This document shows positions 50,301-62,719 of a stretch of DNA of 64,000 nt, in pieces (position 1 is the first letter of the stretch; every line of letters begins with the position of its first letter). The DNA is taken from NCBI RefSeq assembly GCF_009914755.1, contig NC_060926.1; one strand, 5' to 3'. The notes under the pieces are model-generated. The model was not told the DNA's origin. It searched no databases and saw only the letters and a list, made by a program, of their open reading frames with translations. The position numbers and the translations under genes were made by a program. The stretch comes from the human T2T-CHM13v2.0 reference genome, Homo sapiens.

Positions 50301-52900
50301 TGTAGTATCTGGATGTGGACATTTGCAGCGCTTTCAGGCCTACGGTGAAAAAGGAAATATCTTCCCCTGAAAACTAGACAGAAGCATTCTCAGAAACTTA
50401 TTTGCGATGGGCGCCCTCAACTAACAGTGTTGAAGCTTTCTTTTGATAGAGCAGTTTTGAAACACTCTTTTCGTAAAATCTGCAAGAGGATATTTGGATA
50501 GCTTTGAGGATTTCGTTGGAAACGGGATTGTCTTCATATAAACTCTAGACAGAAGCATTCTCAGAAGCTTCATTGGGATGTTTCAATTGAAGTCACAGTG
50601 TTGAACAGTCCCTTTCATAGAGCAGGTTTGAAACACTCTTTTTGTAGTATCTGGAAGTGGACATTTGGAGAGATCTCAGGAATACGGTGATAAAGGTAAT
50701 ATCTTCCAATAAAAGCTAGATAGAAGCAATGTCAGAAACTTTTTCATGATGTATCTACTCAGCTAACAGAGTTGAACCTTTCTTTTGAGAGAGCAGTTTT
50801 GAAACACTCTTTTTGTGGAATCTGCAAGTGGATATTTGTCTAGCTTTGAGGATTTCGTTGGAAACGGGATTACATATAAAAAGCAGACAGCAGCATTCCC
50901 AGTAACTTCTTTGTGATGTTTGCATTCAAGTCACAGAGTTGAACATTCCCTTTCATAGAGCAGGTTTGAAACACTTTTTTTGTAGTATCTGGATGTGGAC
51001 ATTTGGAGCGCTTTCAGGCCTATGGTGAAAAAGGAAATATCTTCCAATAAAAGCTACATAGAAGCAATGTCAGAAACTTTTTCATGATGTATCTACTCAG
51101 CTAACAGAGTTGAACCTTTCTTTTGAGAGAGCAGTTTTGAAACACTCTTTTTGTAAAATCTGCAAGAGGATATTTGGATAGCTTTGAGGATTTCGTTGGA
51201 AACGGGATTGTCTTCATATAAACTCTAGACAGAAGCATTCTCAGAAGCGTCATTGGGATGTTTCAATTGAAGTCACACTGTTGAACAGTCCCTTTCATAG
51301 AGCAGGTTTGAAACACTCTTTTTGTAGTATCTGGATGTGGACATTTGGAGCGCTTTCAGGCCTATGGTTTAAAAGGAAATATATTCCCCTGAAAACTAGA
51401 CAGAAGCATTCTCAGAAACTTATTTGTGATGTGCGCTTTCAACTAACAGTGTTGAAGCATTCTTTTGATAGAGCAGTTTTGAAACACTCTTTTTGTGGAA
51501 TCTGCAAGTGGATATTTGTCTAGCTTTGAGGATTTCGTTGGAAACGGGATTACATATAAAAAGCAGACAGCAGCATTCCCAGAAACTTCTTTGTGATGTT
51601 TGCATTCAAGTCACAGAGTTGAACATTCCCTTTCAGAGAGCAGGTTTGAAACACTCTTTTTGTAGTATCTGGATGTGGACATTTGGAGCGCTTTCAGCCC
51701 TATGGTGAAAAAGGAAATATCTTCCCCTGAAAACTAGACAGAAGCATTCTCAGAATCTTATTTGTGATGTGCGCCCTCAACTAACAGTGTTGAAGCTTTC
51801 TTTTGATAGAGCAGTTTTGAAACACTCTTTTTGTAAAATCTGCAAGAGGATATTTGGATAGCTTTGAGGATTTCGTTGGAAACGGGATTGTCTTCCTATA
51901 AACTCTAGACAGAAGCATTCTCAGAAGCTTCATTGGGATGTTTCAATTGAAGTCACAGTGTTGAACAGTCCCTTTCATAGAGCAGGTTTGAAACACTCTT
52001 TTTGTAGTATCTGGAAGTGGACATTTGGAGCGCTCTCAGGACTGCGGTGAAAAAGGAACTATCTTCCAATAAAAGCTAGATAGAAGCAATGTCAGAAACT
52101 TTTTCATGATGTATCTACTCAGCTAACAGAGTTGAACCTTCCTTTGAGAGAGCAGTTTTGAAACACTCTTTTTGTGGAATCTGCAAGTGGATATTTGTCT
52201 AGCTTTGAGGATTTCGTTGGAAACGGGATTACATATAAAAAGCAGACAGCAGCATTCCCAGAAACTTCTTTGTGATGTTTGCATTCAAGTCACAGAGTGG
52301 AACATTCCGTTTCATAGAGCAGGTTTGAAACACTCTTTTTGTAGTATCTGGATGTGGACATTTGCAGCGCTTTCAGGCCTAAGGTGAAAAAGGAAATATC
52401 TTCCCCTGAAAACTAGACAGAAGCATTCTCAGAAACTTATTTGTGATGTGCGCCCTCAACTAACAGTGTTGAAGCTTTCTTTTGATAGAGCAGTTTTGAA
52501 ACACTCTTTTTGTAATATCTGCAAGAGGATATTTGGATAGCTTTGAGGATTTCGTTGGAAACGGGATTGTCTTCATATAAACTCTAGACAGAAGCATTCT
52601 CAGAAGCTTCATTGGGATGTTTCAATTGAAGTCACAGTGTTGAACAGTCCCTTTCATAGAGCAGGTTTGAAACACTCTTTTTGTAGTATCTGGAAGTGGA
52701 CATTTGGAGAGATCTCAGGAATACGGTGATAAAGGAAATATCTTCCAATAAAAGCTAGATAGAAGCAATGTCAGAAACTTTTTCATGATGTATCTACTCA
52801 ACTAACAGAGTTGAACCTTTCTTTTGAGAGAGCAGTTTTGAAACACTCTTTTTGTGGAATCTGCAAGTGGATATTTGTCTAGCTTTGAGGATTTCGTTGG
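47400..52900 (+). repeat. Tandem duplication, unit 2719 bp (16 monomers), two copies; boundaries approximate
   Basis: The series 680, 680, 680, 679 occurs twice. ORF offsets 48562->51281 and 49453->52172 are 2719. Shared SNPs: AAAGGTAATATC, GAAGCGTCATT, GTCACACTG, TATATTCCCC, GCGCTTTCAAC. Confidence 0.93.
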
Positions 52901-55638
52901 AAACGGGATTACATATAAAAAGCAGACAGCAGCATTCCCAGTAACTTCTTTGTGATGTTTGCATTCAAGTCACAGAGTTGAACATTCCCTTTCATAGAGC
53001 AGTTTTGAAACACTCTTTTTGTAGTATCTGGATGTGGACATTTGGAGCGCTTTCAGGCCTATGGTGAAAAAGGAAATATCTTCCCCTGAAAACTAGACAG
53101 AAGCATTCTCAGAAACTTATTTGTGATGTGCGCCCTCAACTAACGGTGTTGAACCTTTCTTTTGATAGAGCAGTTTTGAAACACTCTTTTTGTAATATCT
53201 GCAAGAGGATATTTGGATAGCTTTGAGGATTTCGATGGAAACGGGATCGTCTTCATATAAACTCTAGACAGAAGCATTCTCAGAAGCTTCATTGGGATGT
53301 TTCAATTGAAGTCACAGTGTTGAACAGTCCCTTTCATAGAGCAGGTTTGAAACACTCTTTTTGTAGTATCTGGAAGTGGACATTTGGAGAGATCTCAGGA
53401 ATACGGTGATAAAGGAAATATCTTCCAATAAAAGCTAGATAGAAGCAATGTCAGAAACTTTTTCATGATGTATCTACTCAGCTAACAGAGTTGAACCTTT
53501 CTTTTGAGAGAGCAGTTTTGAAACACTCTTTTTGTGGAATCTGCAAGTGGATATTTGTCTAGCTTTGAGGATTTCGTTGGAAACGGGATTACATATAAAA
53601 AGCAGACAGCAGCATTCCCAGAAACTTCTTTGTGATGTTTGCATTCAAGTCACAGGGTTGAACATTCCCTTTCATAGAGCAGGTTTGAAACACTCTTTTT
53701 GTAGTATCTGGATGTGGACATTTGGAGCGCTTTCAGGCCTATGGTGAAAAAGGAAATATCTTCCCCTGAAAACTAGACAGAAGCATTCTCAGAAACTTAT
53801 TTGTGATGTGCGCCCTCAACTAACAGTGTTGAACCTTTCTTTTGATAGAGCAGTTTTGAAACACTCTTTTTGTAATATCTGCAAGAGGATATTTGGATAG
53901 CTTTGAGGATTTCGTTGGAAACGGGATTGACTTCATATAAACTCTAGACAGAAGCATTCTCAGAAGCTTCATTGGGATGTTTCAATTGAAGTCACAGTGT
54001 TGAACAGTTCCTTTCATAGAACAGGTTTGAAACACTCTTTTTGTAGTATCTGGAAGTGGACATTTGGAGCGCTCTCAGGACTATGGTGAAAAAGGAAATA
54101 TCTTCCAATAAAAGCTACATAGAAGCAATGTCAGAAACTTTTTCATGATGTATCTACTCAGCTAACAGAGTTGAACCTTTCCTTTGAGAGAGCAGTTTTG
54201 AAACTCTCTTTTTGTGGAATCTGCAAGTGGATATTTGTCTAGCTTTGAGGATATCGTTGGAAACGGGATTACATAAAAAAGCAGACAGCAGCATTCCCAG
54301 AAACTTCTTTGTGAAGTTTGCATTCAAGTCACAGAGTTGAACATTCCCTTTCATAGAGCAGGTTTGAAACACTCTTTTTGTAGTATCTGTATGTGGACAT
54401 TTGGAGCGCTTTCAGGCCTATGGTGAAAAAGGAAATATCTTCCCCTGAAAACTAGACAGAAGCATTCTCAGAATCTTATTTGTGATGTGCACCCTCAACT
54501 AACAGTGTTGAAGCTTTCTTTTGATAGAGCAGTTTTGAAACACTCTTTTTGTAAAATCTGCAAGAGTATATTTGGATAGCTTTGAGGATTTCGTTGGAAA
54601 CGGGATTGTCTTCATATAAACTCTAGACAGAAGCATTCTCAGAAGCTTCATTGGGATGTTTCAATTGAAGTCACAGTGTTGAACAGTCCCTTTCATAGAG
54701 CAGGTTTGAAACACTCTTTTTGTAGTATCTGGAAGTGGACATTTAGAGCGCTCTCAGGACTGCGGTGAAAAAGGAAATATCTTCCAATAAAAGCTAGATA
54801 GAAGCAATGTCAGAAACTTTTTCATGATGTATCTACTCAGCTAACAGAGTTGAACCTTCCTTTGAGAGAGCAGTTTTGAAACACTCTTTTTGTGGAATCT
54901 GCAAGTGGATATTTGTCTAGCTTTGAGGATTTCGCTGGAAACCGGATTACATATAAAAAGCAGACAGCAGCATTCCCAGAAACTTCTTTGTGATGTTTGC
55001 ATTCAAGTCACAGAGTTGAACATTCCCTTTCATAGAGCAGGTTTGTAACACTCTTTTTGTAGTATCTGTATACGGACATTTGCAGCGCTTCCAGGCCTAA
55101 GGTGAAAAAGGAAATATCTTCCCCTGAAAACTAGACAGAAGCATTCTCAGAAACTTATTTGTGATGTGCGCCCTCAACCAACAGTGTTGAAGCTTTCTTT
55201 TGACAGAGCAGTTTTGAAACACTCTTTTTGTGGAACCTGCAAGTGGATATTTGTCTAGCTTTGAGGATTTCGTTGGAAACGGGATTACATATAAAAAGCA
55301 GACAGCAGCATTCCCAGAATCTTGTTTGTGATGTTTGCATTCAAGTCACAGAGTTGAACATTCCCTTTCAGAGAGCAGGTTTGAAACACTCTTTTTATAG
55401 TATCTGGATGTGGACATTTGGAGCGCTTTCAGGCCTATGGTGAAAAAGGAAATATCTTCTCCTGAAAACTAGACAGAAGCATTCTCAGAATCTTATTTGT
55501 GATGTGCGCCCTCAACTAACAGTGTTGAAGCTTTCTTTTGATAGAGCAGTTTTGAAACACTCTTTTCGTAAAATCTGCAAGAGGATATTTTGATAGCTTT
55601 CAGGATTTCGTTGGAAACGGGATTGTCTTCATATAAAA

Positions 55639-55980
55639 TCTAGACAGAAGCATTCTGAGAAGCTTCATTGGGATGTTTCAATTGAAGTCACAGTGTTGAA
55701 CAGTCCCTTTCATAGAGCAGGTTTGAAACACTCTTTCTGTAGTATCTGGAAGTGGACATTTGGAGAGATCTCAGGAATACGGTGATAAAGGAAATATCTT
55801 CCAATAAAAGCTACATAGAAGCAATGTCAGAAACTTTTTCATGATGTATCTACTCAGCTAACAGAGTTGAACCTTTCCTTTGAGAGAGCAGTTTTGAAAC
55901 ACTCTTTTTGTGGAATCTGCAAGTGGATATTTGTCTAGCTTTGAGGATTTCGTTGGAAACGGGATTGTCTTCATATAAAC
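55639..55980 (+). repeat. 2-mer HOR variant (A-B only, 342 bp), second copy
   Basis: XbaI at 55639 and 55981. It shares the flanking markers of 46803 (TTTCAGGATT, ATAAAATCTAG, TTCTGAGAAG) at an offset of 8836 bp. Confidence 0.92.
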
Positions 55981-58049
55981 TCTAGACAGAAGCATTCTCA
56001 GAAGCTTCATTGGGATGTTTCAATTGAAGTCACAGTGTTGAACAGTCCCTTTCATAGAGCAGGTTTGAAACACTCTTTTTGTAGTATCTGGATGTGGACA
56101 TTTGGAGCGCTTTCAGGCCTATGGTTTAAAAGGAAATATCTTCCCCTGAAAACTAGACAGAAGCATTCTCAGAAACTTATTTGTGATGTGCGCCGTCAAC
56201 TAACAGTGTTGAAGCATTCTTTTGATAGAGCAGTTTTGAAACACTCGTTTTGTGGAATCTGCAAGTGGATATTTGTCTAGCTTTCAGGATTTCGTTGGAA
56301 ACGGGATTACATATAAAAAGCAGACAGCAGCATTCCCAGAAACTTCTTTGTGATGTTTGCATTCAAGTCACAGAGTTGAACATTCCCTTTCAGAGAGCAG
56401 GTTTGAAACACTCTTTTTGTAGTATCTGGATGTGGACATTTGCAGCGCTTTCAGGCCTAAGGTGAAAAAGGAAATATCTTCCCCTGAAAACTAGACAGAA
56501 GCATTCTCAGAAACTTATTTGTGATGTGCGCCCTCAACTAACAGTGTTGAAGCTTTCTTTTGATAGAGCAGTTTTGAAACACTCTTTTTGTAATATCTGC
56601 AAGAGGATATTTGGATAGCTTTGAGGATTTCGTTGGAAACGGGATTGTCTTCATATAAACTCTAGACAGAAGCATTCTCAGAAGCTTCATTGGGATGTTT
56701 CAATTGAAGTCACAGTGTTGAACAGTTCCTTTCATAGAACAGGTTTGAAACACTCTTTTTGTAGTATCTGGAAGTGGACATTTGGAGCGCTCTCAGGACT
56801 ATGGTGAAAAAGGAAATATCTTCCAATAAAAGCTACATAGATGCAATGTCAGAAACTTTTTCATGATGTATCTACTCAGCTAACAGAGTTGAACCTTTCT
56901 TTTGATAGAGCAGTTTTGAAACACTCTTTTTGTAATATCTGCAAGAGGATATTTGGATAGCTTTGAGGATTTCGTTGGAAACGGGATTACATATAAAAAG
57001 CAGACAGCAGCATTCCCAGAATCTTGTTTGCGATGTTTGGATTCAAGTCACAGAGTTGAACATTCCCTTTCAGAGAGCAGGTTTGAAACACTCTTTTTAT
57101 AGTATCTGGATGTGGACATTTGGAGCGCTTTCAGGCCTATGGTGAAAAAGGAAATATCTTCTCCTGTAAACTAGACAGAAGCATTCTCAGAATCTTATTT
57201 GTGATTAGCGCCCTCAACTAACAGTGTTGAAGCTTTCTTTTGATAGAGCAGTTTTGAAACACTCTTTTCGTAAAATCTGCAAGAGGATATTTGGATAGCT
57301 TTGAGGATTTCGTTGGAAACGGGATTGTCTTCATATAAACTCTAGACAGAAGCATTCTCAGAAGCTTCATTGGGATGTTTCAATTGAAGTCACAGTGTTG
57401 AACAGTCCCTTTCATAGAGCAGGTTTGAAACACTCTTTTTGTAGTATCTGGAAGTGGACATTTGGAGAGTTCTCAGGAATACGGTGATAAAGGAAATATC
57501 TTCCAATAAAAGCTAGATAGAAGCAATGTCAGAAACTTTTTCATGATGTATCTACTCAGCTAACAGAGTTGAACCTTTCTTTTGAGAGAGCAGTTTTGAA
57601 ACACTCTTTTTGTGGAATCTGCAAGTGGATATTTGTCTAGCTTTGAGGATTTCGTTGGAAACGGGATTACATATAAAAAGCAGACAGCAGCATTCCCAGT
57701 AACTTCTTTGTGATGTTTGCATTCAAGTCACAGAGTTGAACATTCCCTTTCATAGAGCAGGTTTGAAACACTCTTTTTGTAGTATCTGGATGTGGACATT
57801 TGCAGCGCTTTCAGGCCTACGGTGAAAAAGGAAATATCTTCCCCTGAAAACTAGACAGAAGCATTCTCAGAAACTTATTTGCGATGGGCGCCCTCAACTA
57901 ACAGTGTTGAAGCTTTCTTTTGATAGAGCAGTTTTGAAACACTCTTTTCGTAAAATCTGCAAGAGGATATTTGGATAGCTTTGAGGATTTCGTTGGAAAC
58001 GGGATTGTCTTCATATAAACTCTAGACAGAAGCATTCTCAGAAGCTTCA

Positions 58050-61000
58050 TTGGGATGTTTCAATTGAAGTCACAGTGTTGAACAGTCCCTTTCATAGAGC
58101 AGGTTTGAAACACTCTTTTTGTAGTATCTGGATGTGGACATTTGGAGCGCTTTCAGGCCGATGGTTTAAAAGGAAATATCTTCCCCTGAAAACTAGACAG
58201 AAGCATTCTCAGAAACTTATTTGTGATGTGCGCCCTCAACTAAGAGTGTTGAAGCATTCTTTTGATAGAGCAGTTTTGAAACACTCTTTTTGTGGAATCT
58301 GCAAGTGGATATTTGTCTAGCTTTGAGGATTTCGTTGGAAACGGGATTACATATAAAAAGCAGACAGCAGCATTCCCAGAAACTTCTTTGTGATGTTTGC
58401 ATTCACGTCACAGAGTTGAACATTCCCTTTCATAGAGCAGGTTTGTAACACTCTTTTTGTAGTATCTGGATGTGGACATTTGGAGCGCTTTCAGGCCTAT
58501 GGTGAAAAAGGAAATATCTTCCCCTGAAAACTAGACAGAAGCATTCTCAGAAACTTATTTGTGATGTGCGCCCTCAACCAACAGTGTTGAAGCTTTCTTT
58601 TGATAGAGCAGTTTTGAAACACTCTTTTTGTAATATCTGCAAGAGGATATTTGGATAGCTTTGAGGATTTCGTTGGAAACGGGATTAATTATAAAAAGCA
58701 GACAGCAGCATTCCCAGAATCTTGTTTGTGATGTTTGCATTCAAGTCACAGAGTTGAACATTCCCTTTCAGAGAGCAGGTTTGAAACACTCTTTTTATAG
58801 TATCTGGATGTGGACATTTGGAGCGCTTTCAGGCCTATGGTGAAAAAGGAAATATCTTCTCCTGAAAACTAGACAGAAGCATTCTCAGAATCTTATTTGT
58901 GATGTGCGCCCTCAACTAACAGTGTTGAAGCTTTCTTTTGATAGAGCAGTTTTGAAACACTCTTTTCGTAAAATCTGCAAGAGGATATTTGGATAGCTTT
59001 GAGGATTTCGTTGGAAACGGGATTGTCTTCATATAAACTCTAGACAGAAGCATTCTCAGAAGCTTCATTGGGATGTTTCAATTGAAGTCACAGTGTTGAA
59101 CAGTCCCTTTCATAGAGCAGGTTTGAAACACTCTTTTTGTAGTATCTGGAAGTGGACATTTGGAACGCTCTCAGGACTGCGTTGAAAAAGGAAATATCTT
59201 CCAATAAAAGCTAGATAGAAGCAATGTCAGAAACTTTTTCATGATGTATCTACTCAGCTAACAGAGTTGAACGTTCATTTGAGAGAGCAGTTTTGAAACA
59301 CTCGTTTTGTGGAATCTGCAAGTGGATATTTGTCTAGCTTTGAGGATTTCGTTGGAAACGGGATTACATATAAAAAGCAGACAGCAGCATTCCCAGAAAC
59401 TTCTTTGTGATGTTTGCATTCAAGTCACAGAGTTGAACATTCCCTTTCATAGAGCAGGTTTGAAACACTCTTTTTGTAGTATCTGGATGTGGACATTTGC
59501 AGCGCTTTCAGGCATAAGGTGAAAAAGGAAATATCTTCCCCTGAAAACTAGACAGAAGCATTCTCAGAAACTTATTTGTGATGTGCGCCCTCAACTAACA
59601 GTGTTGAACCTTTCTTTTGATAGAGCAGTTTTGAAACACTCTTTTTGTAATATCTGCAAGAGGATATTTGGATAGCTTTGAGGATTTCTTTGGAAACGGG
59701 ATTGTCTTCATATAAACTCTAGACAGAAGCATTCTCAGAAGCTTCATTGGGATGTTTCAATTGAAGTCACAGTGTTGAACAGTCCCTTTCATAGAGCAGG
59801 TTTGAAACACTCTTTTTGTAGTATCTGGAAGTGGACATTTGGAGAGATCTCAGGAATACGGTGATAAAGGAAATATCTTCCAATAAAAGCTAGATAGAAG
59901 CAATGTCAGAAACTTTTTCATGATGTATCTACTCAGCTAACAGAGTTGAACCTTTCTTTTGAGAGAGCAGTTTTGAAACACTCTTTTTGTGGAATCTGCA
60001 AGTGGATATTTGTCTAGCTTTGAGGATTTCGTTGGAAACGGGATTACATATAAAAAGCAGACAGCAGCATTCCCAGTAACTTCTTTGTGGTGTTTGCATT
60101 CAAGTCACAGAGTTGAACATTCCCTTTCATAGAGCAGGTTTGAAACACTCTTTTTGTAGTATCTGGATGTGGACATTTGGAGCGCTTTCAGGCCTATGGT
60201 GAAAAAGGAAATATCTTCCCCTGAAAACTAGACAGAAGCATTCTCAGAATCTTATTTGTGATGTGCGCCCTCAACTAACAGTGTTGAAGCTTTCTTTTGA
60301 TAGAGCAGTTTTGAAACACTCTTTTTGTAAAATCTGCAAGAGGATATTTGGATAGCTTTGAGGATTTCGTTGGAAACGGGATTGTCTTCATATAAACTCT
60401 AGACAGAAGCATTCTCAGAAGCTTCATTGGGATGTTTCAATTGAAGTCACAGTGTTGAACAGTCCCTTTCATAGAGCAGGTTTGAAACACTCTTTTTGTA
60501 GTATCTGGAAGTGGACATTTGGAGAGATCTCAGGAATACGGTGATAAAGGAAATATCTTCCAATAAAAGCTAGATAGAAGCAATGTCAGAAACTTTTTCA
60601 TGATGTATCTACTCAGCTAACAGAGTTGAACCTTTCTTTTGAGAGAGCAGTTTTGAAACACTCTTTTTGTGTAATCTGCAAGTGGATATTTGTCTAGCTT
60701 TGAGGATTTCGTTGGAAACGGGATTACATATAAAAAGCAGACAGCAGCATTCCCAGTAACTTCTTTGTGATGTTTGCATTCAAGTCACAGAGTTGAACAT
60801 TCCCTTTCATAGAGCAGGTTTGAAACACTTTTTTTGTAGTATCTGGATGTGGACATTTGGAGCGCTTTCAGGCCTATGGTGAAAAAGGAAATATCTTCCA
60901 ATAAAAGCTACATAGAAGCAATGTCAGAAACTTTTTCATGATGTATCTACTCAGCTAAAAGAGTTGAACCTTTCTTTTGAGAGAGCAGTTTTGAAACACT

Positions 61001-62700
61001 CTTTTTGTGGAATCTGGAAGTGGATATTTGTCTAGCTTTGAGGATTTCGTTGGAAACGGGATTACATATAAAAAGCAGACAGCAGCATTCCCAGTAACTT
61101 CTTTGTGATGTTTGCATTCAACTCACAGAGTTGAACATTCCCTTTCATAGAGCAGGTTTGAAACACTCTTTTTGTAGTATCTGGATGTGGACATTTGGAG
61201 CGCTTTCAGGCCTATGGTGAAAAAGGAAATATCTTCCCCAGAAAACTAGACAGAAGCATTCTCAGAATCTTATTTGTGATGTGCGCCCTCAACTAACAGT
61301 GTTGAAGCTTTCTTTTGATAGAGCAGTTTTGAAACACTCTTTTCGTAAAATCTGCAAGAGGATATTTTGATAGCTTTGAGGATTACGTTGGAAACGGGAT
61401 TGTCTTCAAATAAACTCTAGACAGAAGCATTCTCAGAAGCTTCATTGGGATGTTTCAATTAAAGTCACAGTGTTGAACAGTCCCTTTCATAGAGCAGGTT
61501 TGAAACACTCTTTTTGTAGTATCTGGAAGTGGACATTTGGAGCGCTCTCAGGACTGCGGTGAAAAAGGAAATATCTTCCAATAAAAGCTAGATAGAAGCA
61601 ATGTCAGAAACTTTTTCATGATGTATCTACTCAGCTAACAGAGTTGAACCTTCCTTTGAGAGAGCAGTTTTGAAACACTCTTTTTGTGGAATCTGCAAGT
61701 GGATATTTGTCTAGCTTTGAGGATTTCGTTGGAAACGGGTTACATATAAAAAGCAGACAGCAGCATTCCCAGAAACTTCTTTGTGATGTTTGCATTCAAG
61801 TCACAGAGTTGAACATTCCCTTTCATAGAGCAGGTTTGAAACACTCTTTTTGTAGTATCTGGATGTGGACATTTGCAGCGCTTTCAGGCCTAAGGTGAAA
61901 AAGGAAATATCTTCCCCTGAAAACTAGACAGAAGCATTCTCAGAAACTTATTTGTGATGTGCGCCCTCAACTAACAGTGTTGAAGCTTTCTTTTGATAGA
62001 GCAGTTTTGAAACACTCTTTTTGTAATATCTGCAAGAGGATATTTGGATAGCTTTGAGGATTTCGTTGGAAACGGGATTGTCTTCATATAAACTTTAGAC
62101 AGAAGCATTCTCAGAAGCTTCATTGGGATGTTTCAATTGAAGTTACAGTGTTGAACAGTCCCTTTCATAGAGCAGGTTTGAAACACTCTTTTTGTAGTAT
62201 CTGGATGTGGACATTTGGAGCGCTTTCAGGCCTATGGTTTAAAAGGAAATATCTTCCCCTGAAAACTAGACAGAAGCATTCTCAGAAACTTATTTGTGAT
62301 GTGCGCCCTCAACTAAGAGTGTTGAAGCATTCTTTTGATAGAGCAGTTTTGAAACACTCTTTTTGTGGAATCTGCAAGTGGATATTTGTCTAGCTTTGAG
62401 GATTTCGTTGGAAACGGGATTACATATAAAAAGCAGACAGCAGCATTCCCAGAAACTTCTTTGTGATGTTTGCATTCACGTCACAGAGTTGAACATTCCC
62501 TTTCATAGAGCAGGTTTGTAACACTCTTTTTGTAGTATCTGGATGTGGACATTTGGAGCGCTTTCAGGCCTATGGTGAAAAAGGAAATATCTTCCCCTGA
62601 AAACTAGACAGAAGCATTCTCAGAAACTTATTTGTGATGTGCGCCCTCAACTAACAGTGTTGAAGCTTTCTTTTGATAGAGCAGTTTTGAAACACTCTTT
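58050..62700 (+). repeat. Dispersed copy of the 4073-bp (24-monomer) block from about 33.2-37.9 kb
   Basis: ORF offsets 33278->58075, 33864->58661, 34510->59307 and 36889->61686 are all 24797. It carries the same markers (GTTTGTAACAC, GCTAAAAGAG, TCTTCAAATAAAC) and an internal 4073 offset (58075->62148). Confidence 0.88.
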
Positions 62701-62719
62701 TTGTAATATCTGCAAGAGG

